This document shows positions 23,023-33,934 of a DNA stretch of 64,000 bases, one piece after another; position 1 is the stretch's first letter, and every line of letters begins with the position of its first letter. Under the pieces are notes generated by a model. The model did not search any database, was not told the DNA's origin, and saw nothing but the letters and a program-made list of their open reading frames with translations. Source of the DNA: an uncultured delta proteobacterium (GTDB lineage: Bacteria > Desulfobacterota > Desulfobacteria > Desulfobacterales > Desulfatirhabdiaceae); NCBI GenBank assembly GCA_963789395.1, contig CAWBKP010000019.1, positions 137,245-201,244 of the forward strand. Direction: 5' to 3'. The translations under genes and the position numbers were made by a program.

Positions 23023-23543
23023 ATGACAGAGATAGACGGATCATCGGCACCCGGCGGATTTACCCTTATGGAACTGATTGTCGTCACCTGTCTGCTGAGT
23101 TTATTTTTGATGTTCTCCATTCCCCGGCTTCAGTCTGTCATGCCAACCGATCACCTGAATGCCACGGTTCGAATGATCATTGCCACAGTAGCCGAACTTA
23201 AGAACATTGCGGTTCAAAACAGCCGGTTATATAACCTGCACCTGGATATGGATCAGCGCCTGGTGTGGGTTACCCATGAGGCTATGACAGATGCCGAACT
23301 TCAGACAGCTAAGAAAAGCGGTTTTCGTCTGCCTGCGGATGTTCGCATGCTGGATGTGGAAATTCCGGATGCCGGCAAAGCCTCTTCAGGCGTGCGGAAA
23401 TTGTTTTCAGCTCGCGGGGATATTCCAGCAAGGCGCTCATTCACCTGCAAGGTAAAGGCGGCGGCCCGGTTTCACTGTTGATTGAACCGTTCATGCCCGG
23501 TGTCGGCTATTACGGCCGGCGCATTACCTTTGATGAAGGGTAA
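23023..23543 (+). CDS. gspH: Minor pseudopilin, GspH-like; frameshift near 23393
   Basis: GFTLMELIVV motif; shifted frame gives AEIVFSSRGYSSKALIHL...SLLIEPFM to TAA 23541-23543. Confidence 0.75.
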
Positions 23544-23553
23544 GCAGGATACA

Positions 23554-23989
23554 ATGCATAGCAGGCAGTCTGTGATAGAGGGATTTACCTTTCTTGAGGT
23601 GTTGATGGCGGTTTCCATCCTGGCCATTTTACTGGTCGGCGTCCATAAACTGCAGAGCCAGATGGTATCCATGAGCCAGACCACCCGGTTTTTCACGCTG
23701 GCACCGCTTCTGGCGCAAAGCCAGATGGCGGAAATGGAACGCCGTAATTTTATAGATATCCAGAAGGATTCAGGAGATTTCGGAATCGCTTATCCCGGCT
23801 ATGTCTGGTCGCTGACATATGGAAAACACGAAATCGGAAGTCCTGAAAAAACTGGCAGTTCCGATGAAAAAAATAGATTTATCCGTGTCGTTCAACAAAG
23901 GGGAGCGGACATATCGCATGAGAACCTACCGCGTTGTTCCGGATAAGGCTGCTGCCGATATGCAGGATAGGCGTCTTGGCCCTGCATGA
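23554..23989 (+). CDS. gspI: Minor pseudopilin, GspI-like; frameshift near 23820
   Basis: GFTFLEVLMAVSILAI, A.LLAQSQM, GDF...YPGY.W; shifted frame (KKIDLSVSF...TYR) ends in a TGA overlapping the gspJ ATG. Confidence 0.78.
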
Positions 23990-24681
23990 TCATGTCTTAT
24001 TTAAAGGATAGGGGATTTACCCTTCTTGAACTCCTGATTGCCATCACGATGCTGGTTATTGTTTTGACGACGCTTTATGGATCATATCGCAGCATTCTGA
24101 CCCGAAATCCCTGGATAGAAAGCGAGATCCAGTATCAGGAAATGGCACGGATCTGCCTGAATCAGATGCTGGCTGATCTTGGGGCTGCTTACGTTGTGCC
24201 GTCAAGTGAATATAAGCCGCCACAATCTTCGGATGCGCCGAATCCTTATTGTCTGATCGCAGAGGATATTTCGACCGGCAAGAAGACTTTTCCCCGGCTC
24301 GGGTTTCCATCACTGTTTCATCTGAGGCTTGCCGATAGTCGGCAGCAGGATATTGCGCACATCGTGTATTATGTTCAGCCGATGTCAAACGGTGTTTTTG
24401 TCCTCCGGCGATCGGAAACCCTTTACCCGTATCCGCCGTTTAAAGAGAATCCGGCGGATCCGATCTTGTGCAAGGCCATTCGATCGCTGACATACACGTT
24501 TTATGACAGCAAAGGAAAAGAATTCCACAACTGGGACTCGGACTCATCAGACTATGGCCGTCAGACGCCGACTGCGATGCATATTTTGCTGGAGTTGGAA
24601 ACTGGACAAGGGGCTGTCCTGAAAATGGAAACCGGCCTTGTTTTTCCGGCCGCCAGAACCGGCAATACCCGGATAAAATAA
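23986..24681 (+). CDS. gspJ: Minor pseudopilin, GspJ-like
   Basis: GFTLLELLIAI motif; C-terminal FYD..G....WDS; position after gspGHI. Confidence 0.8.
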   Translation: MIMSYLKDRGFTLLELLIAITMLVIVLTTLYGSYRSILTRNPWIESEIQYQEMARICLNQMLADLGAAYVVPSSEYKPPQSSDAPNPYCLIAEDISTGKKTFPRLGFPSLFHLRLADSRQQDIAHIVYYVQPMSNGVFVLRRSETLYPYPPFKENPADPILCKAIRSLTYTFYDSKGKEFHNWDSDSSDYGRQTPTAMHILLELETGQGAVLKMETGLVFPAARTGNTRIK

Positions 24682-24731
24682 GCAAAATAAGCGCCGATGT
24701 GTCAAAATCATTTTACGCAACAGGTTAACGC

Positions 24732-25850
24732 ATGATTCAAAAAAATGATCTGATTGAAAAAGCTTACGCATGCGGTTTTGGAGACATCGGGTTTACCACT
24801 GCCGAGCCGTTTGACTCTCAGAAGGCTTTGCTTCAGGAAAGACAACATGAGTATGCGTGGGTGTTTAAATTTGGTCTGGATCTGATTGCAGGCACGGACC
24901 CGAAACAGATTCTGCCAACTGCCAAAACAATCATTGTCTTGCTGGAAGTATATTTTAAGGAAGCGTTTCCCCCGTCCATGGAAAAATACTTTGGCCGGTG
25001 TTATCTGGATGATGACCGCATGGCAAAGGACCGTTTGGCCAAAAGGGTTAAAACTTTCCGCGCGTTTCTCAGAGACAATGGCATCGATTCAAAAATTCCG
25101 TTTAACCTGCCGCACAGGCTGGCGGCTGCCAGAGCCGGAATGGGTAATTTTGGAAAAAATTGCCTGTTTTATTCCAACAAGGCGGTCCGTAAAGGTTCCT
25201 GGGTATTGCCGATCGCTGTTGTAGTGGATCATGATTTTTCACCGGACCAGCCCACGCTTGCAGTGGGGTGTCCCGACTGGTGCAGGAATGCCTGCATCGT
25301 TTCCTGCCCTACGGGCGCGCTAAAAGGGCCGCGTAAAATCGATCCGACCCGATGTATTTCATATCTGACGTATTTCGGGGAAGGCATCACCCCCATGGCG
25401 CTTCGGGAACCCATGGGCCTGTGGGTGTATGGATGCGATCATTGCCAGAATGTGTGTCCCCGGAATGCGCCGTGGCTGGCCAAGGAACTGCCGTTTAATC
25501 AGAAAGTGACTGCCATGGTGGATGATTTCCGGCTTAATAAGCTGCTGCAAATGGACAGCACATACTTTAACAGTAAAATCCGGCCGCACATGTTCTACAT
25601 GCCGGACACGGACATCTGGCGATGGAAGATGAATGTGGCAAGGGCCATGGGAAACAGCCGGGACCCGGAATATCTCCCGGAACTCGTGGAGGCGTTTCGT
25701 GGCAATGATGATAACAGGGTGTTGGGGATGGTTGCGTGGGCGATAGGCCGCATTGGTGGGTTAACCGCGAAAAAAACATTAATTGACATGCTTCCCGGAT
25801 CTGATGGATTGGTTCGGAAAGAAATCGGATTGGCATTGGACAATATCTGA
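24732..25850 (+). CDS. queG: Epoxyqueuosine reductase-like protein (two 4Fe-4S motifs, HEAT repeats)
   Basis: AARAGMG.FGKN, C...C...C...CPTGAL, CISYLT, YGCDHCQ.VCP, C-terminal AWAIGRIG HEAT repeat. Confidence 0.82.
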   Translation: MIQKNDLIEKAYACGFGDIGFTTAEPFDSQKALLQERQHEYAWVFKFGLDLIAGTDPKQILPTAKTIIVLLEVYFKEAFPPSMEKYFGRCYLDDDRMAKDRLAKRVKTFRAFLRDNGIDSKIPFNLPHRLAAARAGMGNFGKNCLFYSNKAVRKGSWVLPIAVVVDHDFSPDQPTLAVGCPDWCRNACIVSCPTGALKGPRKIDPTRCISYLTYFGEGITPMALREPMGLWVYGCDHCQNVCPRNAPWLAKELPFNQKVTAMVDDFRLNKLLQMDSTYFNSKIRPHMFYMPDTDIWRWKMNVARAMGNSRDPEYLPELVEAFRGNDDNRVLGMVAWAIGRIGGLTAKKTLIDMLPGSDGLVRKEIGLALDNI

Positions 25851-25866
25851 TTCAGGAGAGAAATTT

Positions 25867-26637
25867 ATGGCTCAGTCAGTTTTTCTCATTCACGACGAAA
25901 TTGAAAAGCCGTTTGCCCGGCAACTGGCAATTGATCTTTCACTGGCTGGGGCTACCGTGTGGCTCGACGAAGCGGAAACAGGACAGATACAGAATTCCCT
26001 GGGAAGCAACATCGACAGGAAAATCCAAAGCGAAATTTATCTGGCGGTAATCTTAACGCCGAATTCCATCAGATCCGACTGGGTCCGGCATGAAATAGAG
26101 AACGCACTGAATCGTCGGGAAGCCGGATTCGTCATAAAGGTCCTGCCGCTGCTTTATAAAGATTGCGCAATACCGCCATTTATGACGGATAATCTGTTTG
26201 CGGACTTTCGGGATCCGGCAAACTATACCGTCATGCTCCGCAAGGTCATCGACGGTCTGGGGCATGGCGGCAATGGCAACGGGCCTGTCGTGCCGGCCAG
26301 CCTTGCCGGAAGATGGCAAGGCTCGTGGAGCTGGTGCGGCAGACAGCGGGATGCGGATATGTTTCTCTCCGCATCGCCGGCCATCCCGTCCAAAATGATC
26401 ATCCGATATCTGAAATCGGGCATTTTAACCATTGTTGACCAGCAACTTGACGTGAGGATATCCGGAAACGCGGTAAAACTGATCGGGACCAGCTACCGGT
26501 TGATCGAGCGCGGTATTTCAGTGGGGTGGAATCTGGATACGTTCAATTTGACCATGGGTAAAACCGGAACAACCCTTGAAGGAATCAATACGGACAAAAG
26601 AGGCGCGCCGTTTCCTGTTCTGTTCAACCGTATTTGA
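25867..26637 (+). CDS. TIR-domain protein with a predicted C-terminal beta-barrel domain
   Basis: VFL.H...K.FA..LA.DL...G..VWLD, VILTPNSI.S.WV..E, VLPLL...C.IP, ADFR; C-terminal domain starts LAGRWQGSW; AGGAG SD. Confidence 0.85.
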   Translation: MAQSVFLIHDEIEKPFARQLAIDLSLAGATVWLDEAETGQIQNSLGSNIDRKIQSEIYLAVILTPNSIRSDWVRHEIENALNRREAGFVIKVLPLLYKDCAIPPFMTDNLFADFRDPANYTVMLRKVIDGLGHGGNGNGPVVPASLAGRWQGSWSWCGRQRDADMFLSASPAIPSKMIIRYLKSGILTIVDQQLDVRISGNAVKLIGTSYRLIERGISVGWNLDTFNLTMGKTGTTLEGINTDKRGAPFPVLFNRI

Positions 26638-26776
26638 ACGCATTGTCCGGAGGTTGTAACGCGCCAAAGGAGTGTTCAATGCCGCAGAATCAGTTCTATT
26701 GTCATGAAAGCACATTGGCGATGCATTTGGGAGGCGAACGGGAGGCATAGTGCGGCTGAAATGAACATTGGCGCCG

Positions 26777-27364
26777 TCAGATCTTGTAGATCGTTCTGTC
26801 ATTGGTAATAATAATATCCACGTGCTTGTCGTGGGATTCCATCGGAACCTGGGAGACGATCTGATCTTCGAATGCAATGGAAACCTTTCGGGTCGTTATC
26901 GGAAGTTTGGGAATAAACCGGTCATAATATCCTTCACCAGATCCGATTCTTCCGCCTTTTTCATCAAAAGCAATTCCTGGGATGATGGCAATATCCAGGC
27001 ACTCAACCGGAACCAGCTTGCACCGGGCGGTATCCGGCTCCAGTATTCCCCGCGGCCCCGGTTTTAAATCTTTTTCGATATTATTGATTTTAAATAACCG
27101 GATTCGAAATTTCTGGGAATCGAAGGCCGGCAGAACGATAATTTTTCTATAATTTAAACAATATGTTATGATATTTTGAGAAGATACCTCACCGAGGCAG
27201 CTGATATAGAGCATGGTAATATTGGCTTCGACGAAATTGGCAAAATCATAGAGACGATTTTCAATTTTTCGGGTCTTTAAAGCAATTTCTTCTTCCGAAA
27301 GAGATTGTAAAGTCGTGATCATGTCTTTACGGATTTTACTTTTGGTTTGCTTTAAATCATCCAT
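26777..27364 (-). CDS. fau: 5-formyltetrahydrofolate cyclo-ligase
   Basis: GILEP, IIPGIAFD..GGRIG.G.GYYDRF, VP.ESHD..VD.IIT. Confidence 0.93.
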   Translation of the reverse strand: MDDLKQTKSKIRKDMITTLQSLSEEEIALKTRKIENRLYDFANFVEANITMLYISCLGEVSSQNIITYCLNYRKIIVLPAFDSQKFRIRLFKINNIEKDLKPGPRGILEPDTARCKLVPVECLDIAIIPGIAFDEKGGRIGSGEGYYDRFIPKLPITTRKVSIAFEDQIVSQVPMESHDKHVDIIITNDRTIYKI

Positions 27365-27505
27365 TGGGGGTTCTCCTGTGAAGAAGCGATAGCAATATCA
27401 TTGACTAAATGGATTGCAGTTGTTACACAGATGAGCAAGGGATTCAATTAAAAAATCCATGAGTAACCGGTGCAAAGTTATTAATTTTCTATAATAGGTA
27501 TTGTT

Positions 27506-28780
27506 ATGCTGGAAATCAAGTTCGTACGGCAAAATTTGTCGATTGTTCAAAAAGCATTAAGCGACCGAGGGAAAACCGCTGACCTGGAATCCCTTACCCA
27601 GAGTGATGCCATGCGAAAAACAGTACTTCTGGAGCTTGAAGACTTAAGATGTCAGAGAAATTCGGTTTCAGAGCAGATTGCCGCCATGAAAAAAAACGGA
27701 GAAAACGCGGAACCCCGGGTCATCGAGATGCGCGATGTATCGTTACGCATTAAAAGCCTGGAAAAAAAACTGGCGGATTCCGAAGAAAAACTTCAGGAAA
27801 TTATCCTGGGAATTCCCAATATTCCCCATGTCTCTGTGCCGGTTGGAAAAGACAGCGCGGATAATCCGCTATATAAAACCTGTGGCGTCCCCCGAACATT
27901 TGATTTTGAGCCCATGCCGCACTGGACAATCGGCGAGCTGCTTCGCATATTTGATTTTGAACGGGCAACGCGAATTACCGGCGCGCGGTTCCCGCTGTAT
28001 TTCGGGGCCGGGGCCAGGCTGGAAAGAGCGTTGATCAATTTCATGCTGGATGTGCACACATTGCGTCATGGATATGTGGAAGTGCTGCCCCCGTTTATGG
28101 TAAACCGAGACAGCATGACCCATACGGGCCAGCTGCCCAAATTTGAGACAGAGCTGTTCAAGCTGGAGGGATGGGATTATTTTTTAATTCCAACAGCCGA
28201 GGTGCCGGTAACCAATATTCATGCGGATGAAATTCTGGATGAATCCCAGTTGCCCATTTGTTATACGGCCCACACCCCCTGTTTTCGATCCGAAGCCGGC
28301 TCTTATGGAAAAGACACGCGGGGGCTGATTCGCCAGCACCAGTTCAACAAAGTTGAACTGGTCAAGTTTACCACGCCTGAATCCTCTTATGATGCGCTGG
28401 AAACCCTGCTTGGGGATGCCGAGTCCATTTTGAAACAGCTTGAGTTGCCCTATCAGGTGATTACCCTGTGTACCGGGGACATGGGATTCTCCGCTGCTAA
28501 AACCTATGACATCGAAGTCTGGATGCCGGCGCAGGGAGTGTATCGCGAAATATCCTCTTGCAGCAATTTTGAAGATTTTCAGGCCAGGCGGGCCAATATC
28601 CGCTTTAAACGAAAAGGACGGAAGGGAACCGAGCTGGTGCATACCCTAAATGGTTCGGGACTTGCCGTGGGTCGCACTGTTGCGGCTATCCTTGAAAACT
28701 GTCAGCAGGCCGACGGTTCGGTGGTCATACCCGAAGCCTTGCGACCATACATGGGAGGGGCAGCGTCCATAACACCATGA
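27506..28780 (+). CDS. serS: Serine--tRNA ligase
   Basis: N-terminal coiled coil, [48 protein letters not shown]. Confidence 0.98.
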   Translation: MLEIKFVRQNLSIVQKALSDRGKTADLESLTQSDAMRKTVLLELEDLRCQRNSVSEQIAAMKKNGENAEPRVIEMRDVSLRIKSLEKKLADSEEKLQEIILGIPNIPHVSVPVGKDSADNPLYKTCGVPRTFDFEPMPHWTIGELLRIFDFERATRITGARFPLYFGAGARLERALINFMLDVHTLRHGYVEVLPPFMVNRDSMTHTGQLPKFETELFKLEGWDYFLIPTAEVPVTNIHADEILDESQLPICYTAHTPCFRSEAGSYGKDTRGLIRQHQFNKVELVKFTTPESSYDALETLLGDAESILKQLELPYQVITLCTGDMGFSAAKTYDIEVWMPAQGVYREISSCSNFEDFQARRANIRFKRKGRKGTELVHTLNGSGLAVGRTVAAILENCQQADGSVVIPEALRPYMGGAASITP

Positions 28781-30279
28781 TCCTCAGCGATTTTCCAGCA
28801 GACATTCAGCCATTTATGCTGCCTGAAACACGAAATGACCTGATCTACCGGTGCCTGGGATGCGGCCGGGAACACGGGATTGCAACCCTGCTATACACCT
28901 GTCCCGACTGTGGCCAGGTGTTATTGCTGTATGATCGTCATTTTGATAAGTTAAAAAAAATTCCAGGCAAGACCTGGCAACGGATTTTTGATTATCGGAA
29001 ACTGCTGACCATTCCGGCCCTGAAGGGAATCTACCGGTATCACGAATTTATCGGGCCGGTCCTGCCGCTCGAGTCCATCGTATATCTGGGAGAAGGCCAT
29101 ACCCCGATAATCGAAGCCAATGCCGCGATGCAGGAAAAGGCAGGCGGAAAATTCTATTTTAAAAATGACGGACAAAACCCCAGCGCTTCCTTCAAAGACA
29201 GGGGAATGGCCAGCGCCCTCAGCTACATCCATTTTTTAATCCAGCAGGGGCTCGTTGGCGATGTTCTTGCCGTGTGCGCCTCAACCGGTGATACGTCGGC
29301 ATCTGCCGCCCTGTATGCATCCTATCTTCAGCCGCACATCAAGTCCGCGGTGCTGCTGCCTCATAAGAAAGTCACGCCGCAGCAGCTTGCGCAGCCCCTT
29401 GGCAGCGGCGCACGGGTGTTTGAAATTCCGGGAGTCTTTGATGATTGTATGAAGGTGGTCGAGGCCCTGTCCGAAAAATACGCAGTGGCGCTGCTCAATT
29501 CCAAAAACGCCTGGCGGATTCTGGGTCAGGAATCGTATTCCTATGAAATCGCACAGGATTTTGAATATGATCTGGCCGGTAAAGTCGTGGTTGTGCCAAT
29601 TGGTAATGCCGGCAATATTACGGCTGTCATGAGCGGATTTTTAAAATTTTACCAAACCGGCATTATCGCCTCTCTGCCTAAGATTGTGGGGGTGCAATCG
29701 GTTCATGCCAATCCGGTTTACCGCTATTACCAGGAGCCCGACCCCGAACGGCGGCAGTTTCTTCCGGTCACCGTAAAACCGAGCGTGGCACAGGCTGCCA
29801 TGATCGGCAACCCGGTTTCCATGCCCCGGGTCATCCATCTTGTGAATCAATACAACCAGGCTGCCGGCAGACCGCTGGTGTTTTTTGTAGAAGTTGCCGA
29901 GCAGGCCATTATGGACTGGCAGCTTCAAGCCAACCGCAGCGGTCATGTTGCCTGTACACATGGCGGTGAATCCCTGGCCGGCCTGGTTACTGCCAGGCAG
30001 CTCGGGTATGTCCAAAGAGATGAAGTCGCTATTCTGGATTCAACGGCCCATGCCATCAAATTTTCGGGTTTTCAGGAAATGTATTTTGAAAATCGGTTTC
30101 CGAATGAGTTTGAAGTCTGTCCGGACTCAGCACTTGTCAATCTTCCGGAGTTGATCCACCCGGAGCATTTGAAGAAGGTTCCAGCTCCTGGAAAACCCCT
30201 TTCTGGCGAAGATTTTGACCGTTTTGTCAAGGCCGTATCACAGGAAATCGCGGATAAACTGAAGCTCAAAAAGGTTTGA
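28777..30279 (+). CDS. thrC: Threonine synthase
   Basis: [18 protein letters not shown] (PLP Lys), [25 protein letters not shown]. Confidence 0.92.
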   Translation: MILSDFPADIQPFMLPETRNDLIYRCLGCGREHGIATLLYTCPDCGQVLLLYDRHFDKLKKIPGKTWQRIFDYRKLLTIPALKGIYRYHEFIGPVLPLESIVYLGEGHTPIIEANAAMQEKAGGKFYFKNDGQNPSASFKDRGMASALSYIHFLIQQGLVGDVLAVCASTGDTSASAALYASYLQPHIKSAVLLPHKKVTPQQLAQPLGSGARVFEIPGVFDDCMKVVEALSEKYAVALLNSKNAWRILGQESYSYEIAQDFEYDLAGKVVVVPIGNAGNITAVMSGFLKFYQTGIIASLPKIVGVQSVHANPVYRYYQEPDPERRQFLPVTVKPSVAQAAMIGNPVSMPRVIHLVNQYNQAAGRPLVFFVEVAEQAIMDWQLQANRSGHVACTHGGESLAGLVTARQLGYVQRDEVAILDSTAHAIKFSGFQEMYFENRFPNEFEVCPDSALVNLPELIHPEHLKKVPAPGKPLSGEDFDRFVKAVSQEIADKLKLKKV

Positions 30280-31857
30280 CGACCATGCCCCCAGTAGACT
30301 TCTGCAAAAAGGCTGCCTGTCTCTTCTGCTGCTGGTGCGCTTTTCTGCCGTTTTCTGGCTTTGCAGGGGTCATGTTTCAAAAATACTATGTGGTTAAACA
30401 GGATATGGGGAATCATATCTGGTGCGAACCCTATGTTGTGCAGAAAAATGATTCTCTTCCCCGGATCTTTCAGGAAAAAGGCGGTATCATTGACGAAAAT
30501 CCGGAGGAATTTTTAAAGATATTTAAACGCCTCAATCCTCAGGTCATCGATCTTGAAAATATGCGACCGGGCCAGCAGATATATATTCCGCTGAAAAAAA
30601 TGGATCCGGAAGCCGGAACGCTCAAACAGCTTTGCCACCCCTCAGACGGTGACCACAGCCGTAAAGAAATCGCAGCCGACTTCCGAAGCGGACCGCTCGG
30701 GTCGCATTTTCACCCTTCCAATGGTGACCATATCGGCAGAGAAAACGCAGCCAGCTTTCGAACCGGAACCGCCGTCCGGCAATAACGTTTTTACAGAGTA
30801 TAAAATCAAGCCCGGAGACACCCTGACTCAGATTTTTCATCGCTACTTCGGCTTCATGAATGCTGAGTTGTTCAGCGAAAAACTGCGGTTGTTTCAGAAA
30901 ATCAATCCGGATATCTCAGATATCAATCGCATTTATCCGGGCCAGAGCATCCGCATGCCGACAGTTGAGTCCGCTGAGGATTCCAGTGCTTTCATGGAGA
31001 ACCGTGCCGGGACCCTTGAGAGAGTTGCGGTTCTTCTAAACGCCCAGTTGACGCAAAAGGGAGTCTCTTTTTTCCCCATGCCGGGAAAAGCCGATTTCAG
31101 GCTGGATCTGGCACAGTGTCCGATAATGGAATTTTCAGGCGGACTGCGGGTTCTGTTCAATCCCGGCCAGGCACTGATGAAAGATGAGCAACTCATCATT
31201 CGCTATTACTGGCCGGAAGTCAAATTCGTTGATATTTCCTACAATGCTTCTTTCGATGAAGTTCTGGAACAGGTTCTGAATGCAGCGCCTTACCTGCGCG
31301 AGCTTCTTAGCGGAAACAGCCGGGCAGTTGCTGAACCGCTTCAATTGCCGTTGCCTTCATCCGCGATGCTGCCGACCGGCGGGCATCTTTCGGTTCGTGG
31401 CAAGCAGCAGCTTGTTGAAACACTGATGCGGATCCTGGGCATTTCATATACCCAGAACGTGGAAATCAGTTTTCCCTATGCAGATGTACAGATTACATCG
31501 CGTGCCAACTGGATTGAATCCGGCAAGGGAAAACCGGTACTGCTTGATTTTGGGGCATTTTACGGGGATGCTGTTCAGGCTCTGGAAAAATCCGGCTTTG
31601 TCGTTATCCAGTTTCCGGGTAACGACAGCATCCACCAGGGAATTCCCCGGCTGCTGAATGCCATTGGCATCTCTTTTACAAGGGATCCCGAAATCCAGTC
31701 ACCGGGCCAGCCCCCGAGGGAGGTGCCTGGAATTCGGATTCAAAGAGATGCGTTGCCTTCTCTGATACTGACCGATGCTGTCCTGGATCCGCAGATGATC
31801 CAGGCAATTCAGGAAAAGGGAATTATTTTAATTACTGAAATGGAAAAGACCGGGTGA
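30276..31857 (+). CDS. Two-LysM-domain protein; frameshift near 30630
   Basis: LysM 1 (YVVQKNDSL...LNP....MRPGQQIYIP) in ORF 30276..30785; LysM 2 (YKIKPGDTL...INP...IYPGQSI.MP) in overlapping ORF 30649..31857. Confidence 0.78.
30636..30767 (+). repeat. Imperfect intragenic duplication with 75-nt period
   Basis: cacccctcagacggtgaccacagccgtaaagaaatcgcagccgacttccgaagcgga (30636) vs cacccttccaatggtgaccatatcggcagagaaaacgcagccagctttcgaaccgga (30711). Confidence 0.7.
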
Positions 31858-31860
31858 GAA

Positions 31861-32646
31861 ATGACTTGTCGGCATGATGGACGATGGATTGCAGCAATAG
31901 TGGTGTTAGGCTTTCTTGTGGGCTGTGTACCGAATGAAACCATCAGAAAACAGGGGGAATCCTCCCGAAATCTGGGCGAGGCCTATATGGCTCAGGGAAA
32001 TTACACGGCTGCCTTGAAAGAACTTATGGCCGCAGAACAGATGATACCCGATGATCCCTATCTGCAAAACGATTTGGGACTGATATACATGTTTAAGGAT
32101 CGGAACGATTTGGCGATTGAGCATTTCAAGAAAGCCCTTGCCCTAAAACCCGATTATGCGTCTGCCATGAACAATCTGGGTACGGTTTATCTGGCCCAGG
32201 ATAACTGCGACCCTGCGATCGCGTGTTTTAAATCGATAACCGGAGATCTGCTGTATGGCACACCGCATTTTCCGCTTTCCAATCTGGGGCTGGCTTACTA
32301 TAAGCAGAAAAAATATGACCTGTCGGTAAAATATTATCAGGAAGCCCTGAAAGCCGCACCGCGTTTTCCGCCGGCGATCCGGGGGCTTGCGGCAACCTAT
32401 CAGGCTCAGGGAAAACTGGTTGAATCCATAGCGCTTCTGGAAGAGGGCGTCAAGCTCTTGCCAAAATCTCCCGAGCTTTATTTTGATTTAGGCGCTGCTT
32501 ACACTACGAAAAAAAATTATTCTGCTGCCGCAGCAGCGTATGCCAAGGTGATCGAACTGTCTCAGTCGTCTTCTTCTCTGACCAAGGAAGCCCAGAAATC
32601 TCTCGATGCCTTAAAGGCGAATGACCGCTCGATTGCTCCCCAATAA
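31861..32646 (+). CDS. TPR lipoprotein, PilF/PilW pilotin-like
   Basis: Lipobox LVGC; tandem TPRs (LGEAY, DLGLIY, NNLGTVY, NLGLAY); LLYGTP motif typical of PilF/PilW-like proteins. Confidence 0.8.
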   Translation: MTCRHDGRWIAAIVVLGFLVGCVPNETIRKQGESSRNLGEAYMAQGNYTAALKELMAAEQMIPDDPYLQNDLGLIYMFKDRNDLAIEHFKKALALKPDYASAMNNLGTVYLAQDNCDPAIACFKSITGDLLYGTPHFPLSNLGLAYYKQKKYDLSVKYYQEALKAAPRFPPAIRGLAATYQAQGKLVESIALLEEGVKLLPKSPELYFDLGAAYTTKKNYSAAAAAYAKVIELSQSSSSLTKEAQKSLDALKANDRSIAPQ

Positions 32647-32749
32647 GGCGTTTCACATGTTGCATCTGCCGGATTTATCACGCGTATCGCCTTGACGCCG
32701 TTCCGGTTGCTTTCATATCACCGACAACGCTATATTTCAGGAAAATCGA

Positions 32750-33934
32750 ATGGATATTTTTCAATGCTCGGGTTTTCAGGCAGCCGGAGTTGCTGCCGGA
32801 CTTAAAAAAAACGGCCGGAATGATTTGGGACTCATTGTTTCTCAGGTGCCGGCAACTGCAGCAGGGGTCTTTACACAAAATCGGGTTCAGGCTGCTCCGG
32901 TAGTTCTGGATCGGGAGCGAATCAAGACCGGTACCTGTCAGGCTGTTCTGGTCAACAGCGGGAATGCCAATTGCTGTACCGGAGAGCAGGGGATGCGGGA
33001 TGCCAGGGAAATGGCCAGGCTTGCTGCATCTGCTCTGAATATCCCCGAGACATCGGTTCTGGTTGCCTCCACAGGCGTGATCGGGCAGCCCCTTCCCGTG
33101 GATAAAATACAAAAAGCGATGCCTTCTCTGGTTCAATCCTTGAGATCGGATGGTTTCATGCTGCTTGCCGAAGCCATTATGACGACAGATACGGTTCCCA
33201 AGGTCGTCAGCCGCAACGGAATGATCGGTGGCAAGGCTGTCACCGTCACCGGGGCAGCCAAAGGCGCAGGCATGATCGCCCCGAACATGGCGACCATGCT
33301 CTGTTTCGTTTGCACGGATGCCGGTGCAACGGCCGATCAGCTCCAAGATTGCCTGTATGCATCGGTTCAGCAGTCATTTAACCGGATTACCATTGATGGG
33401 GATACCAGCACCAATGACACGGCCCTGATTCTGGCCAATGGCCTTTCCGGGGCCGTCATTCAGAACCCGGCGGATCTGGCTGTGTTCCAGAATATTTTGA
33501 ACGACGTTCTGGTGACCCTTGCCAAGATGCTGGTCAAGGACGGGGAAGGGGCCACCAAACTGGTGGAGATCCTTGTCCGGGGGGCGGCCACAGATAAGGA
33601 TGCGCGAAAAATAGCGGATACGGTTGCCGGATCCAGCCTGGTCAAGACCGCCATTTTCGGAGAAGACGCCAACTGGGGAAGAATCCTTGCGGCAGCTGGA
33701 AGGGCCGGCGTTGCATTCGATCCGGAGCGATTTGACATTTTCTTCAACGACGTGCTGATGTTTTCTCAGGGCAGCGGACGGGGTTCGGCGGTTGAAGATG
33801 AGGTGACGAAGGTCCTCAAGCTGTCGGAATTTGTCATCACCATCGATCTTCACAGCGGAGATAGTGAGACGTCCGTCTGGACCTGCGATTTTTCCGTCGA
33901 ATACGTGCGAATTAATGCCGATTATCGGTCGTAA
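32750..33934 (+). CDS. argJ: Glutamate N-acetyltransferase / amino-acid acetyltransferase
   Basis: NSGNANCCTG, STGVIG, IMTTD, KGAGMIAPNMATML, DGDTSTND, DANWGR, YVRINADYRS. Confidence 0.97.
   Translation: MDIFQCSGFQAAGVAAGLKKNGRNDLGLIVSQVPATAAGVFTQNRVQAAPVVLDRERIKTGTCQAVLVNSGNANCCTGEQGMRDAREMARLAASALNIPETSVLVASTGVIGQPLPVDKIQKAMPSLVQSLRSDGFMLLAEAIMTTDTVPKVVSRNGMIGGKAVTVTGAAKGAGMIAPNMATMLCFVCTDAGATADQLQDCLYASVQQSFNRITIDGDTSTNDTALILANGLSGAVIQNPADLAVFQNILNDVLVTLAKMLVKDGEGATKLVEILVRGAATDKDARKIADTVAGSSLVKTAIFGEDANWGRILAAAGRAGVAFDPERFDIFFNDVLMFSQGSGRGSAVEDEVTKVLKLSEFVITIDLHSGDSETSVWTCDFSVEYVRINADYRS

Noticed and set aside
27365..27505. 6S RNA (ssrS), often found upstream of fau/ygfA
   Set aside because: The gap is only ~140 nt, AT-rich and shared with divergent serS; no long paired stem visible.
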